DNA from: an uncultured virus (IMG/VR IMGVR_UViG_3300042449_000787)
Taxonomy: Duplodnaviria > Heunggongvirae > Uroviricota > Caudoviricetes
DNA: 20,000 nt
Direction: 5' to 3' (one strand)
Virus record (IMG/VR): IMGVR_UViG_3300042449_000787
A program made the position numbers and the translations under genes. Numbering within the stretch: the stretch's first letter is position 1; each line of letters starts with the position of its first letter. Under the pieces are notes generated by a model. That model worked only from the letters and a program-made list of their open reading frames with translations. It did not search any database and was not told the DNA's origin. Of this stretch, positions 1-8,365 are shown in pieces.

Positions 1-1
1 A

Positions 2-739
2 CAAAAATATGTACAAGGAAACCCCTCGAAAGGGGTTATTCCTCGTAGGGTATTAGTATTAGATGTTAACGATGAGTTTGAGGACATAAGGGCTATTAGG
101 GTTAGTGATGTTATGCGTTTTTCCGCACACCCAAAAGTAGAAGCTAGAAGGATAAGACCATTGCATGAAAACGGAGTTAGAATGACACTTACTGAAATTC
201 AAGAGGTGCTATTCAAAATCTTAAACGATTATAGAGGTGGGCTTTTATTGATTGAGGATATTAACAGATACATTTCTGATTATTTGCCTAATGACCTTGT
301 GGGGGCTATATGCACCAACAGACATACGGATACAGATATTATTTTGCATTTTCAATCGGTAGGAAGGATTTCACCTAAAATATGGCAGAACTTGAATTGG
401 ATTAGGTTTCACAAAAATACCGATTCAGTAGATAAACACCGTACAAAGTTTGAGGACAAATACGAATTATTGAAATTAGTAGAGAACTATGTTAATGCCG
501 AGTATCATGCAGGAGACCAAAGAATTTATATTTATGTAGATATAGATGATGAAAAAATAAAGGGAGTTGACCGTAAAAAGTTCGATGCTGTTTTAGACCA
601 ATATTTATCTGAAAATTACAGAAAGCTAATTTCCCCAATGTTACAATCAAAGGATTTAGGTAAGGGCGCAAAGAAATATACACCTCAAGAAGCGGTGGCA
701 ATTCAAAAAGAACGAATAACCAAATATTATTTAACATAA
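2..739 (+). CDS. FtsK/HerA-superfamily (A32-like) P-loop ATPase, putative genome packaging ATPase; 5' truncated
   Basis: Frame is open from base 2 (QKYVQGNPSKGVIPRRVLVLDVNDEF...), upstream of the track's Met at 113. Has the hhhD-x-x-x-E strand RVLVLDVNDEF, Walker B-like GLLLIED and the R-H...Q motif TNRHTDTDIILHFQS. Walker A would lie outside the window. Confidence 0.75.
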   Translation, partial: QKYVQGNPSKGVIPRRVLVLDVNDEFEDIRAIRVSDVMRFSAHPKVEARRIRPLHENGVRMTLTEIQEVLFKILNDYRGGLLLIEDINRYISDYLPNDLVGAICTNRHTDTDIILHFQSVGRISPKIWQNLNWIRFHKNTDSVDKHRTKFEDKYELLKLVENYVNAEYHAGDQRIYIYVDIDDEKIKGVDRKKFDAVLDQYLSENYRKLISPMLQSKDLGKGAKKYTPQEAVAIQKERITKYYLT

Positions 740-857
740 AAAAAATGAGTTAGTAGCTCATTATTTATATTTCGGCTTCCACTCCGACAACACAAATATA
801 AAAAAAAATATTATCTTTACCATAAATAATCAATTTTTTAATTAAAAAAAAGAAAAA

Positions 858-1121
858 ATGGAAAAAAAATTAGAAGAAAAAAAAAGAGGGTTTATTGCAA
901 AATTATTTTGTGAAAAAAACGAACCAAGTTCAAAAAGATTTGTTGGCATTATAGGGTCAATAACATTATTTAGTACTTTATTTGCAAACAGCTTTACGCA
1001 TATAAGCCAAGCACCAAGCGAAGCATTGGTAAACGCAGTAGCATTATTGTCTTTTGGTGCATTAGGTATCACTGGGGCAGAAAGAATATTTGGTAAAAAA
1101 GAAAATAATAACGAACAATAA
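858..1121 (+). CDS. Holin-like small membrane protein
   Basis: 87 aa, two hydrophobic segments (FVGIIGSITLFSTLFA; LVNAVALLSFGALGITGA), charged termini, immediately upstream of the endolysin. Confidence 0.65.
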   Translation: MEKKLEEKKRGFIAKLFCEKNEPSSKRFVGIIGSITLFSTLFANSFTHISQAPSEALVNAVALLSFGALGITGAERIFGKKENNNEQ

Positions 1122-1133
1122 AAATTAAAAATT

Positions 1134-1601
1134 ATGAAATTATCAGAGCATTTGGATTTATCAGAAGTAACAAGAAGTGAAACTGCAAAAAGAAAAGGTA
1201 TTAGCAACATGCCGACACCAGAGCATTTGGAAAATTTTAAAAAATTGGCTGAAAATATTTTTGAACCGATTAGAAAACATTTTGGAGTGCCAATTCACAT
1301 TTCAAGTGGATATAGAAGCAAGGCTTTAAATACTGCTATTGGCGGAAGTTTAACAAGTCAACATTGCCAAGGTGAGGCTATTGATATTGATATGGATGGT
1401 AGTTCTAATGGGGTTACTAACAAAATGGTATTTGACTACATAAAAGCTAATCTAAATTTTGACCAATTAATTTTTGAGTTTGGAACAAAAGATGCACCTG
1501 ATTGGGTACACGTTTCATTTGAATCAACTGGAAAACAACGTAAGCAAATTTTAAGAGCAATTAAAAGTGGTGGTAAAACTGCATACCAACCTTATGCGTA
1601 A
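1134..1601 (+). CDS. Peptidase M15A-family (D-Ala-D-Ala carboxypeptidase-like) endolysin
   Basis: ISSGYRS, SQHCQGEAIDID and DWVHVSF motifs give the H-x6-D...H zinc ligand pattern. Confidence 0.9.
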   Translation: MKLSEHLDLSEVTRSETAKRKGISNMPTPEHLENFKKLAENIFEPIRKHFGVPIHISSGYRSKALNTAIGGSLTSQHCQGEAIDIDMDGSSNGVTNKMVFDYIKANLNFDQLIFEFGTKDAPDWVHVSFESTGKQRKQILRAIKSGGKTAYQPYA

Positions 1602-1625
1602 CATTTAACAGTTTAAATAGATTTA

Positions 1626-2741
1626 ATGAAAAACCTATCAAAAGAAGAGTTATTGAGCAGATTGGAAGCAATCAATAGGAGCAATGCTATTATTTACTTT
1701 GACCTGCATGGTACTATATTAGGTGTCAATGACATTTTTTTAGAAGTAATGGGTTATGGAATAGGTAATCACGAAGAACTTATTGGAAAACACCATAGCA
1801 CTTTTGTGTGTCAAGAATACGCAAAATCTCTTGAATATGAGAAGTTTTGGGACATATTAAGAAGCGGTAAATATTATCAAGGAGAATTTGAACGAAGAAA
1901 AAAAGATGGAAGTCTTATCAATCTTCAAGCAACTTATAATCCTATTTTTGATGATAGTGGCAAGATTACTAAAATAATGAAAATTGCTACTGATGTTAGT
2001 GCTATCGTTAGTAGTAAAAAACAGATAGATGCTATCAATAGAAGTACAGCTCTTATTACTTTTAATGTTGAAGGAATCATAACAGATGTTAATTCTATAT
2101 TTTTAGAAGCTATGGGATATAAATCTAATGAAAAAACTAAAATAATTGGAAAGCATCATAGTATTTTTGTAACTTATCAGTATTCACAGTCTGATGAATA
2201 TAACAATTTTTGGGAAAATTTAAGAAAAGGTAAGTTTTTTGATGGAATTTTTGAAAGGGTAAAAGTAGATGGTTCTACAATTTATTTACAAGCATCTTAT
2301 AATCCTATCCTTGATAGTAAAGGCAACATTACAGATGTGGTTAAAATTGCAACTGATATTACGGAATCTATAAATAGTAAGAAAAAAATAGAGGAACTAA
2401 CAAATAATTTGAAATTTGAATTGGAAAACTCACAAAAACTTAAAGATTCAATAGAAGTCGAAAAAAATATGGCTTTGAATGATTTAGATGTAATGATAAA
2501 AAAAAGTCAAAGTGAACTGATAAAAATAATCGTTAAATGTGCTTTAGCAGTAATAATTGGTGTTGGAATTGTAACTACTATATTATATTGGGTAGCGATT
2601 GTAACAAACAAAGAAACTCAAATAATTGGCTCAACTTGGAGTAATATGTTTAGTGTTTTATTGACAAACGCATTTTCAATAGTTGGTACAATTATGGGCA
2701 TTAAATATGCCACTCAAGAAAATAATAATAAAAATAATTAA
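1626..2741 (+). CDS. Tandem PAS-domain protein with coiled coil and two C-terminal TM helices
   Basis: Two ~120-aa repeats (AINRS..IxF..G.I..VN..FLE.MGY..IGKHHS.FV..FW..LR.GK..G.FER...DGS.I.LQA.YNPI.D..G.IT...KIATD) typical of the PAS/PAC domains of soluble chemoreceptors. No MCP or kinase domain follows; it ends in two hydrophobic helices. Confidence 0.85.
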   Translation: MKNLSKEELLSRLEAINRSNAIIYFDLHGTILGVNDIFLEVMGYGIGNHEELIGKHHSTFVCQEYAKSLEYEKFWDILRSGKYYQGEFERRKKDGSLINLQATYNPIFDDSGKITKIMKIATDVSAIVSSKKQIDAINRSTALITFNVEGIITDVNSIFLEAMGYKSNEKTKIIGKHHSIFVTYQYSQSDEYNNFWENLRKGKFFDGIFERVKVDGSTIYLQASYNPILDSKGNITDVVKIATDITESINSKKKIEELTNNLKFELENSQKLKDSIEVEKNMALNDLDVMIKKSQSELIKIIVKCALAVIIGVGIVTTILYWVAIVTNKETQIIGSTWSNMFSVLLTNAFSIVGTIMGIKYATQENNNKNN

Positions 2742-2746
2742 AAATT

Positions 2747-3397
2747 ATGATTACAACAATTAACAAAAATAGGATATTTACATGGGTATTACTAATATCT
2801 TGCTTGGTACTAGTTTCACAACTATTTCAAAAATGCGAAAGTGAGAAATTACAATTAGCTAACGTGGAAGCTCTAAATAGTCAATCTAAAGTTTATAAGC
2901 TTAAAAATGGACAATTAGTAACTAGCGTTGAAACTTTATCTTATAGCAATAGTCAGTTAAAAAACTCTATTGTAATGAAAGATAAAAAAGTTAAAGAGCT
3001 AACTAATAAATTTTCTAAAGTTCAATCTCTTACAAAGTATGTTACAAACACAAAATTTGATACAATAGAGCTTCGATACAAAGATACCGTACCTTGCGTA
3101 TTTGAAAGAAAAGATAGTTTATTAAAGGAATGGTATCATATAGCTTATAAGTCAAATCAAAAGGGAATTGAAATAACCGAACTATCAATACCAGACAGTG
3201 TGATTGTAGTTACTGGAATTAAGAGAAAATGGTTTTTAGGTAAGCAAACACAAACCACAGATATAACTCATGCAAACCCATTTGTTCAGACTAACAATGT
3301 TCAACACATTGAAGTAGTAACTCAAAAAAAATGGTACGATACTTTCCTATTTAAAGTCGGATTAGGATTTATAGGCGGAGTTTTAATAACTAAGTAA
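2747..3397 (+). CDS. Spanin-like envelope protein (N-terminal signal/TM with Cys, C-terminal TM)
   Basis: Hydrophobic N-terminus ending LFQKC, coiled-coil then beta-rich middle, C-terminal FLFKVGLGFIGGVLITK; last gene before the terminator of the lysis cassette. Confidence 0.5.
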   Translation: MITTINKNRIFTWVLLISCLVLVSQLFQKCESEKLQLANVEALNSQSKVYKLKNGQLVTSVETLSYSNSQLKNSIVMKDKKVKELTNKFSKVQSLTKYVTNTKFDTIELRYKDTVPCVFERKDSLLKEWYHIAYKSNQKGIEITELSIPDSVIVVTGIKRKWFLGKQTQTTDITHANPFVQTNNVQHIEVVTQKKWYDTFLFKVGLGFIGGVLITK

Positions 3398-3426
3398 GTT
3401 ACCAAAAAAATAATTAACTACTAAAC

Positions 3427-3452
3427 AGCTATCGGAAACGGTGGCTTTTTTT
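3427..3452 (+). terminator. Rho-independent terminator
   Basis: AGCTATCG-GAAA-CGGTGGCT stem (8 bp with 2 GU pairs, GNRA loop) followed by a T run. Confidence 0.85.
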
Positions 3453-3609
3453 GTGCTTTGTAAATTAAAAAAAATCTTTTCAAAAAAATTATTTCAGTTT
3501 ATTTTTAAATAAATGCCTAGATACTTCTTTCATTTAACATAATTTTGGATTGTAATTATATCTGAATATAATTATCATTTAAAATAAGTTTAGTTACAAT
3601 CATTCTGAA

Positions 3610-3786
3610 ATGAGAAACGAGATTAAAAAGGTTACAAAGATTACAAAGATTACAAAGATTACAAAGATTACAAAGATTACAAAGATTACAAAAACATTAG
3701 CCATCGTAATAGATGGAGTTTTAATAGCTAATTAAATAGATAGAAAATTTTTATCTTCAAGGATTAGTTTGCCGAACAAAATTTAA
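3610..3786 (+). pseudogene. Small ORF (41 aa, 3610..3735) with ITK repeat; possibly a decayed small membrane protein gene extending to 3786
   Basis: MRNEIKKVTK(ITK)6TLAIVIDGVLIAN*IDRKFLSSRISLPNKI*; resembles the basic-hydrophobic-basic small proteins downstream but has an in-frame TAA at 3733. Confidence 0.4.
3621..3692 (+). repeat. 9-bp tandem repeat GATTACAAA
   Basis: Six perfect copies at 3639-3692 preceded by two degenerate copies. Confidence 0.95.
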
Positions 3787-3830
3787 GAGTAAAAAAACAC
3801 AAAACACAAAACAAATAAAAACATAAAAAA

Positions 3831-4532
3831 ATGTCAGTAAGAAATTATTTAGCAAGAGCGCAAAGAAGCGCAATGGAGAATTTTTCTAATGCAGATGGAT
3901 TTATAGATGATGATTTATCATTCTCTGGTGAAGACTTCTTCAATGCACAAGGAAATTCAATGATAGGGCAACAAGCGGCTCAAACGTCTCAACCATATAT
4001 TATAGATATTACATCTACTTCTGGTTCAGCAGTATCAAATTTTGAAGTATTAGGGTCTTACCAATACATCAATAACGCAGGTTTTACACCAAACGGAGAA
4101 TTGACTATTGGGTCAATTACAGTTAGTTCTGGAATTTCAGACATCTCTTATAGAGAGATGCTATATCAATTTATGAACAATCCTTATTCTGTTGGTTTGA
4201 CTTATATTCAATCAGCTACGGCTAACCAAGTATTAGAAACTCTTTCAGTTAACACTAAAGATGCAAATGGTAACTTGGCTCAAAAGACTTTAGTTCCGAC
4301 TATTGACCCTTACCAACAACAAACTACAATCATTGCAATGAAATATGCTTATCGTATTGATGGTTTCACAAAAATCATCATCCGTCAAATTCTTGCAAAT
4401 GCAACTGTAAAACTTTACTTCTACCCAGCAGACAACATAAACCTTGCTCGTGCTTTAGGAGGACAGTCAGTTAGTAAACAATTTGGTTCTCCAAAAGTTG
4501 CTAGTGGACAAACTATTAAGATTGCGCAATAA
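3831..4532 (+). CDS. Candidate major capsid/structural protein (possibly single jelly-roll)
   Basis: 233 aa, soluble, acidic low-complexity N-terminal ~50 aa then alternating beta-strand-like segments. Follows the longest intergenic region, has its own terminator and appears to favour TTC/AAC/TAC codons. Fold is inferred, not demonstrated. Confidence 0.5.
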   Translation: MSVRNYLARAQRSAMENFSNADGFIDDDLSFSGEDFFNAQGNSMIGQQAAQTSQPYIIDITSTSGSAVSNFEVLGSYQYINNAGFTPNGELTIGSITVSSGISDISYREMLYQFMNNPYSVGLTYIQSATANQVLETLSVNTKDANGNLAQKTLVPTIDPYQQQTTIIAMKYAYRIDGFTKIIIRQILANATVKLYFYPADNINLARALGGQSVSKQFGSPKVASGQTIKIAQ

Positions 4533-4568
4533 TTTATGTTATTGAGGTAATCAAATTAATGTATAATT

Positions 4569-4608
4569 AAAGAGAGCAAGTCTGATTTAGTCAACTTGCT
4601 CTCTTTTT
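4569..4608 (+). terminator. Rho-independent terminator
   Basis: Perfect 13-bp inverted repeat AAAGAGAGCAAGT / ACTTGCTCTCTTT followed by Ts. Confidence 0.9.
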
Positions 4609-4624
4609 ATTTAAAATAAAAAAT

Positions 4625-5107
4625 ATGTCAGATTATAACGATATTGCATTAAGAAATCCACAAGGAGCTGTAAGCGTTATATCCTCTTTCGGATATGAAA
4701 TACTAGACCGAAGTAATTTAGGTCAAAGCTTAAACGAGTTAATAGCTCAAGAAGGTGAGCCAGCTTTAAGAAAAGTTATGGAAATACACCCAGACAAAGA
4801 TGTTATTTTAGAATTATTTTCTAATAAAACTACAGAACCAGAAAAAAACGGGTGTGGCTGTTCGTCTTGTAATGAAAAAAAATCCGATAAAATATTTGAG
4901 CGTAACTCTGAAGGAAATTTTGAAAGATATGAAAACTTCATTAACTTCAACGGAATACTAGAAGAAGCAAAAAAAACTGCTAGCACAACTGCTAACACAA
5001 ATGCTAACACAACTTCTAATACTAATATTTTAGCACATCAAACAAACAATATATTAATAGTCGCAAGTTTATTTATAGCGACTGTTTTAATTCTAAAAAT
5101 TAAATAA
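4625..5107 (+). CDS. C-terminally anchored membrane protein with GCGCSSC motif
   Basis: C-terminal ILIVASLFIATVLILKIK; Cys cluster; T/N-rich linker. Confidence 0.7.
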   Translation: MSDYNDIALRNPQGAVSVISSFGYEILDRSNLGQSLNELIAQEGEPALRKVMEIHPDKDVILELFSNKTTEPEKNGCGCSSCNEKKSDKIFERNSEGNFERYENFINFNGILEEAKKTASTTANTNANTTSNTNILAHQTNNILIVASLFIATVLILKIK

Positions 5108-5108
5108 A

Positions 5109-5876
5109 ATGAACGAACTATCAAATTTAGGGGCAGATGTAATTGTAAACAGCGTTATAGAAAATAGAGGCGATGTTGTAGACTTACTTTTTAAAAACGG
5201 AGCAATAGTGCCTGACGACTTAACTAATTTAGAGTTGTCTCAAATAGTCACAGAGCTTTTAAAAAATTCAAGTAATTTCCAAAATGAATATTTGGATTTT
5301 ATAACTAATCTTATAATTTCAAAAAATCAGATTGTAACGAGTAATTATAGTAACTTAGATGGTGATTTTTACAATGAAGATGAGATGGGTAATTATAATA
5401 ACGTAGAAGGAACTTTTTACGATGTAGATGAAATGAGTGATTATAATAACTTAGAAGGAACTTTTTACGATGAAGATGAAATGAGTGATTACAGTAATGC
5501 TGTAGGTAGCTTTTCAGATACTTTTAGCGTAGCTCCAAGTCCTTTTACTCCAAAAAATACAGCTCAGACTAGTCCAAGTACAGGTTCAACAAATACAACA
5601 ACTACAACGCCAAGAACTGGATTTACGTTAGATAAAGGCTTAGATATTATAACCAAAGGTTTAAATGCTTTTTTAACTTTAGATACTAACAAAACAAATA
5701 GAGCTTTGGCAGATGCTTCTGTAAAAACTACTCAATCTTCAACGATTATTAGTACGCCAGATACATATACAAAAACTAAAAAATCAAATACTACAACGTA
5801 TGTTATTTTAGCATTAGTGGGTGTTTTAGTAGTTGGTGGTGGAATTATGTATGCAGTTAAACGTAAAAATTCTTAA
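5109..5876 (+). CDS. C-terminally anchored protein with acidic 16-aa repeats
   Basis: C-terminal TM YVILALVGVLVVGGGIMYAV followed by KRK; internal repeats. Confidence 0.75.
   Translation: MNELSNLGADVIVNSVIENRGDVVDLLFKNGAIVPDDLTNLELSQIVTELLKNSSNFQNEYLDFITNLIISKNQIVTSNYSNLDGDFYNEDEMGNYNNVEGTFYDVDEMSDYNNLEGTFYDEDEMSDYSNAVGSFSDTFSVAPSPFTPKNTAQTSPSTGSTNTTTTTPRTGFTLDKGLDIITKGLNAFLTLDTNKTNRALADASVKTTQSSTIISTPDTYTKTKKSNTTTYVILALVGVLVVGGGIMYAVKRKNS
5343..5513 (+). repeat. 48-bp coding repeat, about 3.5 copies
   Basis: NYSNLDGDFYNEDEMG / NYNNVEGTFYDVDEMS / DYNNLEGTFYDEDEMS / DYSNAVGSF. Confidence 0.9.
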
Positions 5877-5878
5877 TT

Positions 5879-6190
5879 ATGTCTTTTTTTACAACAGACG
5901 CAGGACGAAACACTATAGGTGCAGGTATAAACAGTTTATTGAGCTTAGGAGTAACAGCAGTAGGTGCTAATCAAGACAGAAAATTATTAGCAGGTCAAGC
6001 AAATATTTCGGCTCAACAAAATCAAACCGCAATAGAAGTCGAGAGAGAAAGAACAAGACAAGCTCAATTAAACCTCGAAGCTTCAAGGGCTAAAGCTCCA
6101 GAATCTGGAAGTAAGGCTCTTTACATTGGATTAGCAATAGGAGGAGTAGTTATTTTAGGAGGTATTATTTTTGCGGTAACTAGAAAATAG
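5879..6190 (+). CDS. C-terminally anchored coiled-coil protein
   Basis: Gly/Ala-rich N-terminus, Q/E/R-rich helix, C-terminal TM. Confidence 0.75.
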   Translation: MSFFTTDAGRNTIGAGINSLLSLGVTAVGANQDRKLLAGQANISAQQNQTAIEVERERTRQAQLNLEASRAKAPESGSKALYIGLAIGGVVILGGIIFAVTRK

Positions 6191-6196
6191 AAAAAA

Positions 6197-6421
6197 ATGG
6201 GAGCAGTAAAAGGTTACATGGCAGATGTAAAAAGCATTGTGAGTAAGGACAAAAGAGATATTCTATTGCATACATCAAAGGCTTCGGTTAACGGAGCTGT
6301 CACTGGTCTTGTGCTAGGACTAATGATAGGATATTACAAAAACAAAAATGTTTATGTAAGTGGTCTTATAGGAGCCGTAGTTGGCGGTGTTGCCACTGCA
6401 ATTATTGTATCTAAAAAATAA
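6197..6421 (+). CDS. Small glycine-rich two-TM protein
   Basis: GAVTGLVLGLMIG and GLIGAVVGGVA GxxxG-type helices. Confidence 0.75.
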   Translation: MGAVKGYMADVKSIVSKDKRDILLHTSKASVNGAVTGLVLGLMIGYYKNKNVYVSGLIGAVVGGVATAIIVSKK

Positions 6422-6426
6422 AAAAA

Positions 6427-6912
6427 ATGGAAAATAAAACCACAATTGGTATTGGAGTTGTATTGTTAGCAGGTGTTGGGTATTACTTATACACCAAAAA
6501 CAAAAAAAATCAAACTCCTTTGGTTAATATGCCAAATAAACCTGCTTTACCTACTTTTGATAGGGATAAAGCTTCAAGAGAGTGGGCGGAATTGCAGTTT
6601 AAAAGAGAAGCTGAGTTTAGGGCTAAAAATAACGGCGTGGTTAAGCAAGGTGTCTCTTTGGTTACTGATGCAAAAACTGGAAAAATAACTGAGGTAGCTG
6701 TGATGAATAAAATTAAATCAGAGCTTAATCTTTACTATGACATGTTAAAAGTTTTAAATTCTATTACAGATGATTCTGATGCTGAATTTATGTTTAATCA
6801 ATATAAAACAATCTTTAAATCAGGTGATGATAGGAATTATAAACCAGACTTAAATACTCAAATTAGAACGGATTCTATTCTAAAAAAATATCCAAGCGCA
6901 AGAATCGATTAA
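6427..6912 (+). CDS. N-terminally anchored hypothetical protein
   Basis: IGIGVVLLAGVGYYLY followed by TKNKK. Confidence 0.75.
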   Translation: MENKTTIGIGVVLLAGVGYYLYTKNKKNQTPLVNMPNKPALPTFDRDKASREWAELQFKREAEFRAKNNGVVKQGVSLVTDAKTGKITEVAVMNKIKSELNLYYDMLKVLNSITDDSDAEFMFNQYKTIFKSGDDRNYKPDLNTQIRTDSILKKYPSARID

Positions 6913-6931
6913 TTAAAATAAAAAACAAAAA

Positions 6932-7213
6932 ATGGATAATAAAAAAATTATTATAGGAGTTGGTGCAGTTGTTTTATTAGGTGTAGTTTACTACATGATG
7001 ACAAAAAAGAAAGCGCCATATACAATACAATGGAAAGGAGACCCTACTGGGGCTGTTTTTGTAGTTATAAATGGTAAGAAATATGGTTTTATTAGTGGAA
7101 AAGCATTTGATGCTTATGGGCGTTCGGAGCCTAAATCAGTTACAAAAGAAGAAGTAGACGCTATTCCTAGTGGGGGAAGGGTTGACGAACTTGGAAAAGT
7201 TGTTCCGAATTAA
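6932..7213 (+). CDS. N-terminally anchored protein with small surface-type domain
   Basis: TM, then GAVFVVINGKKYGFISGKAFDAYG...VTKEEVDAIPSG. Confidence 0.7.
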   Translation: MDNKKIIIGVGAVVLLGVVYYMMTKKKAPYTIQWKGDPTGAVFVVINGKKYGFISGKAFDAYGRSEPKSVTKEEVDAIPSGGRVDELGKVVPN

Positions 7214-7264
7214 AAACTGTATATGGAAAAGGTTTGAAAAAAAGGCATCAATAAAAATAAAAAC

Positions 7265-7939
7265 ATGAAGAAATTAAATTTATTAGGTATATTAGCGATA
7301 GGAGGAATTGGTTATTACTTGTTAAAAAACAAAAAATCAAAGCCAATTTCTTCATCGTCAGCTCCATATACTAAAGAAATAACTTCGGAAAATAAATTAG
7401 TTGAATATCCTGTCAATACCTATGCTAAAATTAATACAGCCCCATCGCCAATTACAAATTGGAGTGGAAATAATAACATGCCAACTCCAATAAAAGTCGA
7501 TGTTAGCTCCGTTAGTACAATTAAGCCGAGTACAACTACTGTAAAAAATAATTCAAGCGTAAAAATAGAAAATGCGTTATCGCCTCTAGGAATTGCTAAT
7601 CCAAAAGCATTGCCTAAACTTAGTTTAATTGACGCTGTTAGTAAAACAGTATTTGATTTATATCCTAAAGACGGAATTTGGAAAGCAGAACCATGGCAAT
7701 TAAATAATCCTTTATGGGATAGGTATGGAATTGAAAAAGCAATGAATGAAAATCACAGTAATTATATTGGAATGGGAACTAAATTTTTAATTTTAAATCC
7801 TTCTAAAAGAAACAAATATACTGCTTATGTAGACCAATTTGGAAATATAATTGATGCTGGAAGGACTGCAAATGGCACGGCTATGGCTTCTGCTCTTGCA
7901 ATTTCACAATATAGAATAAAAAATAACATACCTTTTTAA
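7265..7939 (+). CDS. N-terminally anchored protein with S/T/P-rich linker
   Basis: LLGILAIGGIGYYLL followed by KNKK; globular-looking C-terminal half. Confidence 0.75.
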   Translation: MKKLNLLGILAIGGIGYYLLKNKKSKPISSSSAPYTKEITSENKLVEYPVNTYAKINTAPSPITNWSGNNNMPTPIKVDVSSVSTIKPSTTTVKNNSSVKIENALSPLGIANPKALPKLSLIDAVSKTVFDLYPKDGIWKAEPWQLNNPLWDRYGIEKAMNENHSNYIGMGTKFLILNPSKRNKYTAYVDQFGNIIDAGRTANGTAMASALAISQYRIKNNIPF

Positions 7940-7953
7940 AAAAATAAAATAAA

Positions 7954-8067
7954 ATGGAAAATTTATCAAAAAATACAAAAATAATAATCGTATTAGGTCT
8001 TTTAGGATTATCTTATTATCTTTGGAATCAGCAGAAAAAAAATAAAAACACTAATTTAAAAAAATAA
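7954..8067 (+). CDS. 37-aa single-TM protein (not in ORF track)
   Basis: MENLSKNTKIIIVLGLLGLSYYLWNQQKKNKNTNLKK; same start context and anchor pattern as its neighbours. Confidence 0.7.
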   Translation: MENLSKNTKIIIVLGLLGLSYYLWNQQKKNKNTNLKK

Positions 8068-8072
8068 TAATT

Positions 8073-8219
8073 ATGAGTCAGATACAAAATCAAAATATGT
8101 CAAAAAATGAAAAACAAAAATCTCTTACCAAAACTTTGGTTAGTGTGGGAGCGAGTGTATTGGTGCTGTTTGCAACCGTTTGGGTTATAGGCATTGCTTG
8201 GAAAAAAAGCCAAAACTAA
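8073..8219 (+). CDS. 48-aa single-TM protein (not in ORF track)
   Basis: MSQIQNQNMSKNEKQKSLTKTLVSVGASVLVLFATVWVIGIAWKKSQN. Confidence 0.7.
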   Translation: MSQIQNQNMSKNEKQKSLTKTLVSVGASVLVLFATVWVIGIAWKKSQN

Positions 8220-8231
8220 TAATTTTAGATT

Positions 8232-8360
8232 ATGGATAAAAAAACAATCGGGAGCATTTTAGTAGTCTTAGGGATAGGTGCTTTAACTTATCTATATGTC
8301 GGCTACCTTAGACCTAAACAACAAGGAATACAAGACGCATTACGAGAAAATAAAAAATAA
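8232..8360 (+). CDS. 42-aa single-TM protein (not in ORF track)
   Basis: MDKKTIGSILVVLGIGALTYLYVGYLRPKQQGIQDALRENKK. Confidence 0.7.
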   Translation: MDKKTIGSILVVLGIGALTYLYVGYLRPKQQGIQDALRENKK

Positions 8361-8365
8361 CAACA

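Noticed and set aside
744..762. Hairpin AATGAG...CTCATT after the ATPase gene
   Set aside because: Short AT-rich stem without a clear T tract; too weak to call a terminator.
1626..2741. Methyl-accepting chemotaxis protein or histidine kinase
   Set aside because: No MCP signalling hairpin or HisKA/HATPase motifs follow the PAS domains.
3540..3547. Bacteroidota -7 promoter element TAATTTTG
   Set aside because: No matching TTTG at the -33 position, and such a match is expected by chance in very AT-rich DNA.
3621..3692. Possible CRISPR array or replication iterons
   Set aside because: Units are 9 bp and contiguous with no spacers; no cas or rep gene is nearby.
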